The notes: generated by a model not told the origin, from the sequence alone. Positions 26,350-41,599 are shown, numbered from the stretch's first letter. The stretch is 64,000 bases of DNA from Octopus vulgaris (GCA_951406725.2 OX597820.1:62682001-62746000); one strand, 5' to 3'. Numbers and translations are program-made.

Positions 26350-26559
26350 AAACACATTTCATTTAATTTTTCTACAATTTAATTGTTTTTTCGTGCTTTA
26401 CTTTTCATACATTCAGTTGGAAAAGTCGCAAAAACTGAAAGCTGTTCTGCATAATAAAATTATTTCAACATTTTCTACCTTGTCCTATTTTCCTTATACA
26501 TATCAACTCGTATGTCACTTTTCAACCTTCTACAGACTTAAGCTATTGTCCTACTTTAC

Positions 26560-27080
26560 TATGGATGAAGAGTATTAGTATGAACAGAGTGATCAATGAA
26601 AACATATTTGCTCCTCCAAAATCAAGAAGCGCAGGGAAAGCAAATCCACGATTACCACGTTTTTCGACAAGGGCGTCATCTATATTTACTACGTTCCGTC
26701 TGGCTAAACGGTCAGCAAGTAGAACTTTGTACAGGTTTTGAAGGAGTTCAGGAAGAAATTTCGTCACAAATGGCCAGAGCACTTCTACTCGCGTTGGGTC
26801 AGCGGCACTTGCACCACGAGACTACTCGAGTCCACAATTCTATCCTAGTAACGAACAACTTGACATAGATGGCTATCAAAGCTGTTCCTGACTCTACCTA
26901 CAGATCAAACCTTCCTAGTAGTTTTTGGTTGTTCTCCAATTTGAACCTCAAGGATAGTCAACTTGAAGACATTGAGAAAATGTAGGACGCTGTGACAAAC
27001 GTCCTGATACCTTCATTTTGAAGGTCTTCCATTGGGGCTTCCTGAAGTGGCTGGGGCGCTACAACAAGTGCATTGGAAAT
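26560..27080 (+). mobile_element. mariner transposase fragment (highly decayed)
   Basis: ITTFFDKGVIYIYYVPSG*TVSK..VQVLKEFRKKFRHKWPE, HLHHETTRVHNS, FWLF, W..RYNKCI. Confidence 0.8.
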
Positions 27081-27336
27081 TTATAACTGTTATTCATTAA
27101 AACATTTGCACCTCGTATAGTAGAATACTGCTCACTAACTTGTTCTCATTTCCTTTGTCATTAGATTCTGCAATTTTCTGCCAATCTGCACTCACTGCCG
27201 TCACAAGAAGCTTACACATTTTCCTGTGCTTGCATCAGACATACAACCACCATATCCTGTTAAATATCTACTTCGGTCACAGATGAATCTTCTTCGTCTC
27301 ATACAGTTTAAATTTTATTTTAGAGTGCCATTAATA

Positions 27337-27395
<59 letters not shown>

Positions 27396-27399
<4 letters not shown>

Positions 27400-27747
27400 A
27401 AATAATAAGGGTGAAAAATTGAATATTATTTAAATATCAATTTAGAACCAGTGGTCTAGCATATTAAAATCTGACGATTCAGAAAAATTATATTACATAC
27501 ATATAAGTGGGATGACCACCACGTGGACATCCATTATGCTACAAGTAGATCCGCTATGGTCTTACCACTAAGAAATGAATGTTCTCAAGAAAATTTAGCC
27601 AACGTCAGAACGTAAGCAAGACAAATGAAAAGAAACAAAATATAGATTAATCATAAACAATGTCCTGGCGTTTACTAAATTTTCTTGAGAACATTTCTTT
27701 CTTAATGTTAAGACCAAAGCGGATCTACTTCTAGCATAATAGATGTG

Positions 27748-27752
<5 letters not shown>
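27396..27752 (-). mobile_element. Element family B, copy 2, with inverted partial duplication (HHR truncated)
   Basis: 27396-27660 matches 25861-26130; 27662-27752 is the reverse complement of about 27521-27610. Confidence 0.8.
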
Positions 27753-27804
<52 letters not shown>

Positions 27805-29339
27805 TATTAAAGTTTCACTAAATAAGCCGTTAGGTAAAGCTGAATGTTAACATAAATCTTCCGTTGCTATTCTCAAACTAGCGCATTCACACGCATGCAC
27901 ACAAACACACACATACGCACAAATACGCACGCACATACATACACACACACACAAACCCAAACACACACATACACGTCTGAATACCTGAGCCTAGGCGTGT
28001 ATATATCACCAATGTAAATTTATGTTGAAGCCAAAAAGAAATAAAATCACTTTGTATTTCTTTCGCACTGATTTACACGGACAGTCCCACGTCAATGTCT
28101 CCGTCAGCATTGCAGTAAATCTGTTGGTAACAGTTAACCACCATCGCAACTGTTACCAAAATACAGTAGAAAATATATAAATGTGTCATTATTGACTGAT
28201 CGATCTGGGAATATTCGGAAAGATTGTAATCAAATCAATATTAAATAGTCGGTATCGATATAGGTTATCGAGAATGTAAAATCATTGTACAAAGAGTTGA
28301 AAACTAGTAAATAAAGCAAAGACTGAATTAAAGTTAATAAAAACATAGACGTGATGTTGCAAGAAGAACAATTAAATTCCTATAAAAGAACGATAAATGC
28401 CTCTCGATGTAAACTAAAACAAAATGACAATATAGTTTCCACCACCATGATATACAGATATATTTACAGTTATTATATGTGTCTGTTCCTGGTCAATAAA
28501 GATCCAGAAAACAGGAACAACGACGTTTAAAGCTCAACCATTTCGACCTGTTTGTAAAGAGGAGACAGAATGCGATATGATGGAAATATAACTGGTATTC
28601 TGACCTGTCTCAACGATTATAAAATCAGACCATACTTATTTCATCGTCATAATGCTTTATTGCTGTTTATCTTCATGCTATCCGACACCAAGAAGTGGTG
28701 TAATTAAATGACTTCAAATCCTCAGTAGTAAGTGTTTATGAAGGTTTTAGATAACCAATTTTTCTATAGTGTATACAATTAAGGCTTCCAGTGACAACTT
28801 AAAAATATCCCTCATTAACTCATGATTTTCGCTCTTACCGTCGACGTTTGCCTCAAGTAAACACTATAAAATGCATTCCAGCCGTAATCGATTTGTATCG
28901 TATCCAGATGTAATATTTAGGTGACAAAGTGAGTCATTCTTTTAAGAGAGTGGCGTGTGACATGTAGCTATTCTAGCTGTTCCAGTGACCAGGTAGGGTC
29001 TTCATGTCGTATTATATAACTGGCTGTTGTTGTTCTTATCTAGCTTCAATGCTGAGCATCGTATGGTGTATTCAGGGATTATATCTTGTTCACAGTACAC
29101 AATATTTTCTTCCGAAGCAAAGACTGTAGGGTGCTATGTGATGGAGAACTTGCGGCCATTTCTCGCACATTTTGTGACCATTGACACCTACTACAACCAA
29201 TATTAACACCCAAAAGTGCGAAAGAACCAATAGAGGGCTAAAAAATTAAGATAAAAGATAAAAAATGACAGTAGAAGTAAAAACGAAGCAAAAATCGAAA
29301 GAAAGTGCCCGAGTAATACAAAAAACCCAGACAGTTAAT

Positions 29340-31385
29340 ATGCAAATCCACCACAAGAAGGCGCATAGAAGTGTCTAAAATTCTTCTGCTTTGTAACTGC
29401 TGGCATGGACATGATGGTGGAAACTACTGCTTCCTGCATAGAAAACCATACAACAGGCATACCAAAAGCAAAAGCCTCCGTCCAAAAGTCACAGGAAGAT
29501 TACAAAGAGGAAGAAATTGTGCATCACCTGCATCAAGGCTAATATACGCCCATGTACTACCTATGAAAACCAGCCATACACACAAGCCGTTTTATGGATG
29601 GCTCAAAAGTATGTGCAACAACTAACCTGGTTTCATCAATTCTAGAGTCGTAGTCAGCACGCAAACTTTTATGCTCGTAATGCAAGCCGTATGCTACAAT
29701 TTTTCATAAAAACAGGGAGAGGATAGTTCTTATAAGATAGTGTACAAAGATTTCAAACCACCTCAACAGAGAACTCAACGGCAGTGAGAAGCCTTGCCTA
29801 AAATCCGCAATGCTGGAGATTAAGAAACAACTGCAGCATTTCACTGAGAAGGGAAGATCAGTCAGAGAGGTCTGGGTCATAACAAAATATAAAATCAGAC
29901 TCTATAGCCTTATATAGGTACGCCGAGGAGGCTGCCTCTGTGCATTGCAGATTACGACCACACCTTCAAAATGATGGCTCCCTCACGGGAAATTCAATAA
30001 GGATAAGTGAAACACTGAATGAAAAGCTCATACGTTGCTTCACGCCGCTCCTACCGCACATGCAAGTTAGCAAACCTGTAGAATTCTTTACTGCTACAGA
30101 AACTAAATGGAAGGCAGTAAGACTTGATTACGTCAACATCGAAGAAAAGGATATGATGCTAGTAATAGATAATATAGATTTAAACTCAGTTGCTGGCCCT
30201 AGTGGATTCCCAGCGATGCACCTCAACACATGTAAGCGACTCCTTGCAAAACCATTACAGCTACTTTTTTCAGAGCTTTGGAAATGGTAAGCTCCTGGAC
30301 AAATTAAATGAAGAAATAATATGCCCTATCCGCAAAGGAGGAAGCAGAGCAGATGTAAAAATCAATAGGCATATCTCTCTGACCTCACACATCAGCAAAT
30401 TCATGGAACGAATAGGCCGAAGGAAAGTAATTGCATTTCTTGAAGAGAATAACAGACTGACACACAGCTTGGTTTTCGACCAGGTAGAAGCTACCTGGCA
30501 CAGCTCTTGCAGTATTACAACTGGATGCTAAAGCACCTGCTCTACAACTCAAATGTAGACGAGATATTCTTCGACTATGCAAAAGCTTTTGACAAAATCG
30601 ACTATGTAATGATTTGTCACCAGCTCCGAAATGATGGCATATTTGGAGAAGTTGGCTACATGACTTTCTGAAAGATAAAAGTCAGGTAGTAGTGGTCAAT
30701 GCTGCCACCTCGAAGAAAACACAAATAATGATTAGTTGTTCGACAGGGCAGTTCTGGAGTCCCTGCTATTCATAGTGGCCCTCTCTGACATAACCTTAGC
30801 TGCTCAGGTAGGTACTCTTGCTAGCTATGCGGACGATATATAAGCCTCTCAAAGAATACAGAACTCTGGAGATGCAGTATAATGCTGGAAAATTTCAATC
30901 CCTGCGCTAACGACACAGGAAGCTCAATGAAAAGCATACAGGATGAACTGGCCCAGGAGGGATTCCAATTCCTGAAACAAAATCAGTGCGTGACCTGGGC
31001 ATCAACATGAGTAATGATGAATCTTTCCAGGTGTACATTACCAAGTCGGCAATAAAATGCAGACGTCTGGCCGGGTGGACCCTTCGAATTTTCAAAACAA
31101 TAGAAAGAGGACATTCGTTCTCAGCCGTCTGGATTACTGCTCCCAACTCTGGTCACTTAACAGTGTAAAATTAACGACGGAATTCGAGGCGATCCAGCGA
31201 AGCATCACAAAGAATATCGATGCAATGCGATCTATCAGATACAAGGAGAGACTGAAACAGTTAGGACTCTACTCCCTGGACCGAAAGCGGAAAAGATATG
31301 CAGTAATATACATCCGGAAAATCCTAGAAACACTTGTTCCGAAATTAGCATTGTCATTTACTTCAACAACAGGATGGGGTGCTAC
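29340..31385 (+). mobile_element. CR1/L2-group LINE relic (possible ORF1 Cys/His finger remnant plus reverse transcriptase)
   Basis: AGPSGFP..LAKPL, PIRKGGSR..RHISLTSHISKFMERI, QLGFRPGRS, FDYAKAFDKID, YADDI, RDLGI, VLSRLDYCSQLWS, ERLKQLGLYSLDRKR; many frameshifts; endonuclease region not found. Confidence 0.9.
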
Positions 31386-31542
31386 AACATACGTACATAT
31401 ACATACGTACATGCATGCATGCATAGGCACACACACAATGTGTTAAATTATAAGGCACAGAAAGAAAATGACTCTCCCAGACACAACAGTATATATGTGC
31501 CTATACATATATGTATGTATATATGTATGTTTGTATACATAC

Positions 31543-31611
<69 letters not shown>

Positions 31612-31764
31612 TACGCAGACAGACAGAAACACGTACACACATATAGACTACTGTTCCGTTATTGGTAGGAATAACCAAAATATACTCCATTTATTGCGAG
31701 ATAAATATCATTTAATATACACACCACTTAATAACAGTGGCAAATATCTCTTTGTTGTTTTATT

Positions 31765-32140
31765 CATTAGAGTGCAGTCATGCTGGGACAAGGAATTGAT
31801 CGACAACTGAATCAATCTCAGTATAACCTTTTAAGCCTGATCCTTATTTTTGCCACAACGGTAAATTCTAAGGACCGAAACCCACCGACCCCATTCATCA
31901 AGCGATTGAAGGGAACAGACAGACATAAAGACACAAGCATACACATACACACGCGCACACAGAAACAAATACACATACAGACACGCACACAAACATACAC
32001 ACATTCACGTACACAACAGGGATTTTTTTCGATTTCTGTCTACCAAATCCACTTACAACGCTTTGATCTGAGAGTACGCTGCAAGACTAAAGACGGTGCT
32101 CTTGCATGGCCGCAGTCAGATGACTGAAAGAAGTAGAAGA
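31765..32140. mobile_element. SINE family 2 fragments: minus-strand body plus plus-strand 3' tail
   Basis: TTTCTGTCTACCAAATCCACT (minus body) followed by GACTAAAGACGGTGCTCTTGCATGGCCGCAGTCAGATGACTGAAA (plus tail). Confidence 0.65.
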
Positions 32141-32154
32141 TATATATATAAATA

Positions 32155-32226
<72 letters not shown>

Positions 32227-32448
32227 TATTATTACAGACAGTGTTGGGAAGTGCTCAAGTATTAAACCTCAGACATTAGGTATATATATTTTTTTCAAAT
32301 TAAAGATGAGAAATTAGATAGGTTCGATAATTCGAAAACCTTACAATATAAACCGAGCCAAAAGGATTACTATACTATATTAAATGCATCTCTCTAAAGT
32401 TCCCTATCTAAATAGTGCGTTAAATACATTATAATACCCCTTATGGCT

Positions 32449-32546
<98 letters not shown>

Positions 32547-33223
32547 TATATGTGTGTGTGTGTGTGTGTGCGTATGCGTATTTATTTATATTTTACTTTT
32601 TAGACATGTCGTTAATGAGGGCGAAAATGATAACCAAAATGACTCTAAGTGAGATTAATTGACTCGTGAAATAAGTAACCAATTGATAAAATTCAACAAT
32701 AGGTAATATCATTATGCTGCATCCTTTCAGTGTTTTTACGTAACAATTCCTGAGTGACTCATTATGATATCCTGCTTTCTCCATAAAAGCATATTCTTCG
32801 AAGCATACCAAGCATATGCTGTTTACTAATATTCTTGAACAATAATGCTCATGAACAATAATGGGCAGCTCATTTGATTGCCTTCGCATGTATACTAATT
32901 TCTCATTCGGTTTGATACTGTTATGGACGAATTTCAAGCTTGTAGCTCGAAAAAACTGCAATTTTGTATGTAAGGTAATATTATGTATTATGTCCTGTAA
33001 CGCTCAAATCAATCTGCCCTATTTATGACTATTATAAAATCTCGATAAAATCAGGTCGTTATAAACCACACTTCAGCCACATACTCACACATACACACTC
33101 ATACATGCATACACACACACACCCTCAGACATGCGATAACACAAAACATATTCATGTGTGTGTGTGTGTGTATATGTATATAAACACACCCCTACATGCT
33201 TGCATACATACATAAATACATAC

Positions 33224-33276
<53 letters not shown>

Positions 33277-33279
<3 letters not shown>

Positions 33280-33850
33280 AGAATTCACAAGAAAACAAAA
33301 GACAAAGACAGGTGGTGTAGACATCTAACAGATGTATTAGTATGACGCCCGGGAAGTGAAAACGTCTTTAACGTTTTGAGCCTACGCTCTTCTACAGAAA
33401 GGAACACAGAAAGAATCAAGGAGAGAAAATAAAGAATGTGTAGTGGCTAGCGATCTATCATGGTGAAGGCCGGACAGAAACGTTACACAGGAGAGCTAGG
33501 ATGAAGGGGCGATAACAAAGTGGTGGTGGTCTCAAAACGAAGGTACGTGTGCGTGTGTATAAGAGAGTTTGTATGTGCGTGTGGAAGAGGGCTGGTGATC
33601 TTGACGTGTGTGTGTGTATGTGTAGGTGTGAAAATGTGGGTCTAGGAAGTGGTTATGACAAAATGTGTGCGTGGTAGTGTGTTGTGATGTGATATGTTGT
33701 GTGGTATGGTGTTGTAAGGTGTAGTGGTGTGTGGTGTGAGGGTGTTGGGAGGTAGGGGAGGCGGGAATGGGGAAAGCAATGCATACATGCGCAGCGCATA
33801 GTAGGTGAAACTGTATTAAGCCCCAAACTGAACATCAATTACTTCTGAGG
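33277..33850 (-). mobile_element. HHR-variant family A, longest copy, with possible Penelope ORF C-terminal remnant
   Basis: Reverse complement CTTT CTGTAGA A GAGC GTAG GCTC AAAAC GTT AAAG at 33366-33401; upstream LMFSLGLN weakly resembles the PLE terminal 'LIF.LGTL.P.GLN'; ends in (TA)n. Confidence 0.7.
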
Positions 33851-34001
33851 GTGCTACCATTCTACTCCGTAGGTGCTTGGCATAGCTGAATTTGCTATAT
33901 GTGATACAATACAAATGACATTTACAAACTAAGAATAATTAGGAATATTACAGCAAAGATTTTCTCAGCAGGAGATACGAAATAAGGTCTCGAAAACACA
34001 A

Positions 34002-34034
<33 letters not shown>

Positions 34035-35204
34035 AGTGTGCAAGCTACTTGGTAGGTATAAACATAGTATCTATTGTATAAGACGAATGAGAAATGCGAA
34101 TCTGTAATATAAATGACTTCTTAGGTACATTAATGAGACAAGTGACATCAAGTTGCTTTAAACGGAATTGAAACTTTACCGAAGAAAGAAAAGTCGTAAA
34201 AGACATGCATCAGCAATACGCAAAGATGTATTCAAATATGATTACATAATGCTTTCAGTGATTAATCCCGTACAGAATGCCATGCTAGGATTTCAAACAG
34301 CGGTTATCTGCTGCTTATTATATGATGGCAAAAATTCCCAGTCGTTTGAGTTCATTAAGATATATTGTCTTTGGTAAAATGTTATTACCTACTCGAGGAA
34401 CTCACCCTTACATTTATTCTGAGAAATCGCTAACTAGTAATTTACGTGTGCAATGATTTTAGAGTCTGTTACCCTGTATGTTGACCTTTTACCAGATAAT
34501 GCAGCAGGGTATGGTTGCTTGAGGAGGCAAAATGCAAAGCATACAAATCAGAAGGCATCTGGGACGTCTTTGCTAATTGGATATGTCGAATGGGCCAGGA
34601 TTGAGTTGTGTCCTACTGTATTATATATGTCGATATAGCTTTATCTTTCACTTTATTTCCATCTGTGTGTAATAAGCGTTGCAGTGTGATGCAGAATGCT
34701 GCAAGATAAACAGCAATTAAATAAAGGTAGTTTTAGTGTTGGAGAACAGAACAAATGAAGGTTAGATCAAGACGAGAGAGGATGAGTGAAAGACAGATGG
34801 ATAGAGAATAAGTTTTAGATAGTTCATGAAATGTGAAAGACAGTTAGTGCATGAAGAAAAGAAAGAATGAGCAAAAGAGAAATATATGGGAGAGATGAGG
34901 AGTGGGGACGTGTGAGAATTTGTCTGATAGCAGGACGAACACAAAGAAAGAAGGGAAAACAGTCAGAAGTGTTTTTCAATAATTACCATATTTTCAACCA
35001 TTGTTCCTTGGTAAATGGAATTTACAAACTCCGTAAGTGTATGTGTGCGTGTAACAGAGAAATTTTCTCTTTTAGATAATAGGATGTGATTATTCAGTAC
35101 ACATATCATGCATAGTTATATACATATTTTCTCATGATTAAACGCTGAAGCACATATGCATACACACATACATACATACATACATACATACATACATACA
35201 TACA

Positions 35205-35236
<32 letters not shown>

Positions 35237-35247
35237 CACACACACAT

Positions 35248-35305
<58 letters not shown>

Positions 35306-35646
35306 AAATAGATAGATAAAGATATAGATATGTAATATATATAGATATATACATATATATATGCATATATATATATATATACATAAATCTACGTGTCTAT
35401 ATATATATATATATATGTATATATATAATGTTTAGTTGAATATAATGAACATGCACTGAATATAGAACTCAGTAATGTGTATAAAGACAATATTTATATT
35501 GAATACTGACTGCTTTAAAATTCGCTGGTACTGGATTCTTAACAAAACCTCTTTATGTATAAGGAAAATTCGATAGCATATATATATTTAGGAGGTGTAT
35601 CTATTTACTCACCGTACATATATATATGTTTAAATCTATCTATAAC

Positions 35647-35677
<31 letters not shown>

Positions 35678-36202
35678 GGAGAGAGAGAGGGAGAGGGAGA
35701 GAGATAGATAATGAAAGAATTGTTATGTATTTCAACGAGGAAAATATCAAATACCAATAGTTTCCAGACCTAACCAACAATGCATTGTAATATTCAGAGT
35801 GGTGTTATCGTTTACGTCTACTGATACACCAAAATTAATATATGCTCAGCGTTATGATTAACCACTTCGAAGCTCATATGCACACGATGAGGCAGATCAG
35901 ATACACTTCAAACCATGTCTGTCGTCAATGTATTAATATGGACACTGGAACTTACGGAATATCAAATCAGTTTCGTTCATATGTGGTACTTCCTAAACTC
36001 TTTCACGCGTTATTGCACAGCGCCATATTTTCTTTGTAACCTCCCGAAGAAGAAATTACGCTTGAAATGTCAATGTGACTTCAAGTTTCTTAACCCACAT
36101 TACGCTTTGATTTCAGCTAGTCTTTCGCATGGTCATTCACATGCTTAATTTTAAACCTGTATGCATACATACATACATATATACATACATACATATATAT
36201 GT

Positions 36203-36293
<91 letters not shown>

Positions 36294-36655
36294 TATATAT
36301 ACACACACATATGTATATAGTTTGTATGTTTGTATGTATGAATGTATGTATCTATCTATCTCTATATATATTAACGTGCATACATACATCAAAAAAATGG
36401 AAATGGAAAACAGCTGATGTATAGCATTCCATTTGTCCCCAGTCGTCAGCAGTCACATAGTCCTAAACCGATGAAGAAAAAATGCCAGTTGCAAAAAACA
36501 TATGAAAATGGATGTTTTCTATATAACACACGTTGACCCAAGAAAGTTGTCGAATGTTATATCCTATTCCGGCAATAAATTCTCCACTATCCACTATCCA
36601 TTCGATACAAAAAGAAATCAGGGAAATTACTAGGAATAGCAGGAAAATATCCTTA

Positions 36656-37498
36656 CAATGTGTTCGGGCTGAATTTGACGCCCTTTTATGTCTTCATTGG
36701 GTTACGAACAGCTTGATGTACAGGTGAACAGTCAACACGTTAAATTTATAGTTGAGAAAAACTTAAGTGACATCTGAATATTGGAGAAGTTATATCCACC
36801 ATGAGGATTCGCGCTGTGTATCGAAATGCCGACAGCATGACTTACGCAATGAATGTTGTAACCACTGTGAAGGTTGTAAGGTGTGACATGGACAGCTGAA
36901 ACGGAGACTATAAAGCCGTGGTTAGTGAGAGGGAGGCACAAAAAGTGTTCTGATTGCATCATCACGCAGAGCTCGTCCATCGACAGCAGGGCTGAGCCGT
37001 AGAACCTATTCAGATAGCTATGTGAAGTTGCTGGAGATTGTAGCTTGAGAGGTCTCCTGCTGTAAGACCATGTGTGTCAGCAGGATTTGGCTCCTTGCCA
37101 TGCCTCTAGAAAGAGGTAGGAGTGGTTGTCAGAGAATTTCTATGAATTCACCACCCCCAATTTGAGACTTCCTATTTCCTCTGAATGCAATCCAATGGGA
37201 CTGTTTAAAAAACACACTAACTGCTCTGACTGCAACACCAAGTGAGATTTGGTGGCAAAGATCATGAAAATGTTCAAAGGTCTTCCCAGGGACAGAGTGA
37301 GGAACTCATGCATCCTGTTTCAAAACCGTCTTGATGATACTTGATGTTACATTGAATAAACTGTTATCTCTCAGCCTTAATCTAGTTGATATTTTTGATT
37401 TTAAAAAACCCAAAAAAAACAACTTTCATTTGTAGATGGAATATTGTTTGTCATCTTTCCGTTTTATGCAAACTATCAAATTTAGCCCGAATACCCTA
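36656..37498 (+). mobile_element. Internally deleted maT/DD37D-like transposon
   Basis: TIRs CAATGTGTTCGGGCTGAATTTGA and TCAAATTTAGCCCGAATACCCT; QQDLAPCHASRKR*EWLSENF..PNLRLPISSECNPM..RNSCILFQNRL. Confidence 0.75.
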
Positions 37499-38923
37499 TT
37501 AATCATACACTACTGTTTTCATGAGGTAAATTAGAATCGTTACTAAATTCGCTATACTGAATTTCATAAAGAAACATGTTTTTCCATCGCTAGATTCCTA
37601 GATCAAAACTTACCAAGACGCAGATATAGTTTTAAGGGATATAGTCTCCCTCAAGATGCCTTCTAAATACGATATTTTCCAGCGAAGTTTTTAGTGCATC
37701 TTTTACGCCCTTTTGAATGTAGGACTGACCATTAAATCACTCAGTAAAATATCAAAAAATAGATGTTTTTGGAAAAATATCACTTTGATCTAAGAATCGT
37801 ATAAATCCAATCTACAAATACTACTCAATAGTAGTTGGTAAATAATTTTACGAATTACAATATATTAATTTAGTGTTACGATTTATCATATAATTGAAAT
37901 ACTTTAATATTGAATAATAAATATTTTGGTGAGTGGAATTGATTTGTAAATGAATTAATTGAATACTAAAATATATTTATTAAGGTAGATTAAAAATAAT
38001 GATGGTGCGGTGCAGATTGTAATAGTTATTTTGCTGATTGTGGTGGCGATAACTATAATGTTGCAACTGCTACTGATGTTCCTGATGATGATGCGAAAGG
38101 TGGATGACGATAATGGCAATGAGGATGATGATGGCTATAAAGAAGATGATGTCAATGACAATGATGAGGATGATGATGATGGTTATGTTGGTGGTGGGAA
38201 TACCTGATGATGATACTGATGATTACCACGATAATGATGAAGATGATCCTATTGGTGTAACTACTACGATAAATACGACCATAGTGCTGATGATGATGAG
38301 AACGATTATGCCAACGAGAATGTATAAAAATACACACACAGGCACGTACATAGATCTCATATACACTCAGATATATATATAGTGACTAATTTCCTCTTCT
38401 TTATTCACATGAGTAACACACACCGTATTCTAGAAATACATGACGTCATTCACAGCCCACATCAGTTTATTTTTCGCATATATATATTGTCTTTAAGAGT
38501 AATTTCGAAGGCAGTTATCACAGCAAAAGTTTTCAGATTTTTCAGTGTACATGAACATTTTAAATATAACTTTCAATAATGATTGGTTAATGTATTTTAA
38601 TTAATTCATGTAATTAATTGATTAATTAGTTGAGTAAATAAAGAAGTAAATAATTAAGTTTATCTTGACAAAGCTTTGTTCACTCCAGCAGATTTATTTT
38701 ATTGTATTTTAAATATAAAAATGGCAATGCATAAGGTGATCGCAACGACGGAATCGTTGTATTTAGCTAATGCATAGTAACGATGCAGAAACACGTGTTC
38801 TAAAGCCAAATGATACTCTACATTGCCTTATCCCGTATGTATCCTTAAGAACTTTCTGTAAGTAAAATTTCTCTTCCGAAACAGTTACCATAGCGAGCGT
38901 CGTGTACACTATATATTTTATAT

Positions 38924-38970
38924 ACAATGCTATATATATTTATGTTAGACATAAATATATATAGCATTGT
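38924..38970. repeat. Perfect 22-bp hairpin with 3-nt loop
   Basis: ACAATGCTATATATATTTATGT tag ACATAAATATATATAGCATTGT. Confidence 0.9.
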
Positions 38971-39500
38971 TTTAACTTTTGATGTTTAGTGTGAGCCCTG
39001 GGTTGATCGTTTCTTTTGATATATTTTGTTATTTATTTCTTATGAACAGCAGACACATCAGCAGTTTTTACTTTATTTTATCTGCCGTCACATGAAGAAT
39101 CAGTCTATAATAATATGATAAACAAAAATGATGTTTTTCTAATCTACTACCACTTTGCTTGCACGATCTAGCGATTCCGTTAACTGAGAGTAATATACGA
39201 TGAATTCGTGCGTATTGGTGAAAACAGTAATTCTAAATTTTCAGACTCTAGATTTCTTTAGAAAACTGAAATGATATTCTTAAGCTATCGCTTCTGTCTT
39301 TTCAAAGAGAATAAGAATTCTCAAGGCACAAGCGCTTTACTTTCTCTGGTGCAGTTTGAATCTACCAAAATAATGTAAGAATACGTTTTCCTTACTTTTT
39401 CTGCAAAATATGAAGTCATTTTTGTAATTTCTTGATAATTAGTTATGTCTCATCAAGCAAAATTTTAAATATAATAATTCGAATTAGGGACATGCTATTA

Positions 39501-39590
<90 letters not shown>

Positions 39591-40189
39591 TACACCATAA
39601 CATAGACTGATTTCCATTTTCTTCGTTGATCGAAGGTATAGCAGAGGCAATAGTTTTACCAACTCCGTATGTCAGGGCTGTTTTCAGTTGCAAGTGGCTA
39701 GCCTGTGGTACATATATCATCTCTCCACTTATGCACACAACCCAAAGGAAATACAAATAGATATTTTCGTTGCGTCGCGTCGATAAATAACAATAATTAG
39801 GGTTACACTAAATAATATATAAATATAATTTAAAGACGGCTGGCAGTTATTTTTTAGTCAACGAATTTATAGATCAATAAAAGAATTTGTAGATGACCGA
39901 AAAAGTTGCTATAATAAGCAGTTGATCCTGCTCAAATTATATGCTTTCTTCTCTTAACGAAAAATGTTCGTTAATCATATATCAAAATGTAATAGTATAC
40001 TACGTTTCAAGGCAAAATACTCCGGGTGGAAAGTCATTAATCACGAAACTACTCGACGTGGAATCACCTGGGGATAACGGTAACAACATGTAATTTTTAT
40101 ATTACATTAAAATTATATCATGTAATTTTATAGTCTATTTATACTTATGTTAATAAGCACTTATATCTATGTTGATATATGTTCATACG

Positions 40190-40274
<85 letters not shown>

Positions 40275-40523
40275 TATATATTTGTGTGTGTATGTGAGTG
40301 TGTATGGGTGCATGCGTGTGCCTGTGTATATATATATATATTATACATAAATACATACATACATACATATATATGTATGTGTGTGTGTGTAAATAGTATT
40401 TATGTATTTATGTATGATTGGGTTCATCAATTCTCAGTGGAACGATGGTAAAGACGATATGCCGATCAAGGTGATGATGATGATGATTGTAAAATACGTG
40501 TTCGACTCTGAATAGGAATATAT

Positions 40524-40576
<53 letters not shown>

Positions 40577-40926
40577 TGAGTGAGTATGTATATGTGTATG
40601 TGTAGTATGTCAAAACCATTCATATTTATAGTTCTTAAATATAGCCATAATGACATATGTATCCATATACGGTGTAACGAATGTTAATAGTAGAAATATA
40701 TAAATTATTGATATCCTGTCGATATTTTGGTGAAGATTGATAGTACTGACTGGAACAATTATATTCTGTATTTGTCTTGCGTGACCACGACCCATAGTAA
40801 CAAATTGTTTTCAGCACTGCAAGGTACCGAAATATAAGTTAATCATACAGTTGAATAGTTCCTCGTAGTAGCCAAGCATGTTAAAATATAAATACGTATG
40901 TATGCGTTTGTGTGTGTGCGTGTTGG

Positions 40927-40961
<35 letters not shown>

Positions 40962-40994
40962 TGTATGTATGTATGTATATATATGTGTGTATGT

Positions 40995-41025
<31 letters not shown>

Positions 41026-41028
<3 letters not shown>

Positions 41029-41115
41029 GGACACTCGTGCCTTGGTGGTCGGGGCATTCGGGTGATGATCTTAAGAACGTGATTTCGATTCACATTGGCG
41101 CATTGTGCGTTCTTG
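41026..41115 (+). mobile_element. SINE family 3 head fragment
   Basis: CGTGCCTTGGTGGTCGGGGCATTCGG..ATGATC..GTGATTTCGATTC..GCGCATTGTGCGTTCTTG. Confidence 0.5.
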
Positions 41116-41599
41116 CTATTCCTCTATGTACTCTTTCAATTTCTTCTATGAGAATGAATGGGTTCCGAGTCCTAAGCTATGAAGCGTAATGTAGTCTACG
41201 CCAAACTAATGCTTTTCCATAAATTCAGTATAACTATGTGTTCAGGATCCATTCAATGAGATATCTGTATTTAGAGATCAAGTTTGTAATGTGTTCAATG
41301 AAAGATACATTGTATGACATGATTATTCTGAAGTCACGTATTTTATTTCAGTTTTATATTGAGTTCTCTAGTGTAAAATTATTTTTATTTTGCATGACTA
41401 TTCTGTAATGAGGGACTCGAAATTTTATATTATGTTTATTCCCTCATTGATAGGTGAGATTTAACACATTCTTGAGTGAGACAGTGTCTTCGACAATATG
41501 GACGTTTTTGCTTCTCGGCGTAAATGGGGAGACACAATACTGCCTTATTACGTAACACACTCACTGGTTCGATTTCCACTCATTTACTTACACAGGTGT

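Noticed and set aside
38010-38300. Acidic D-rich ORF with hydrophobic N-terminus
   Set aside because: Degenerate (GAT)n microsatellite.
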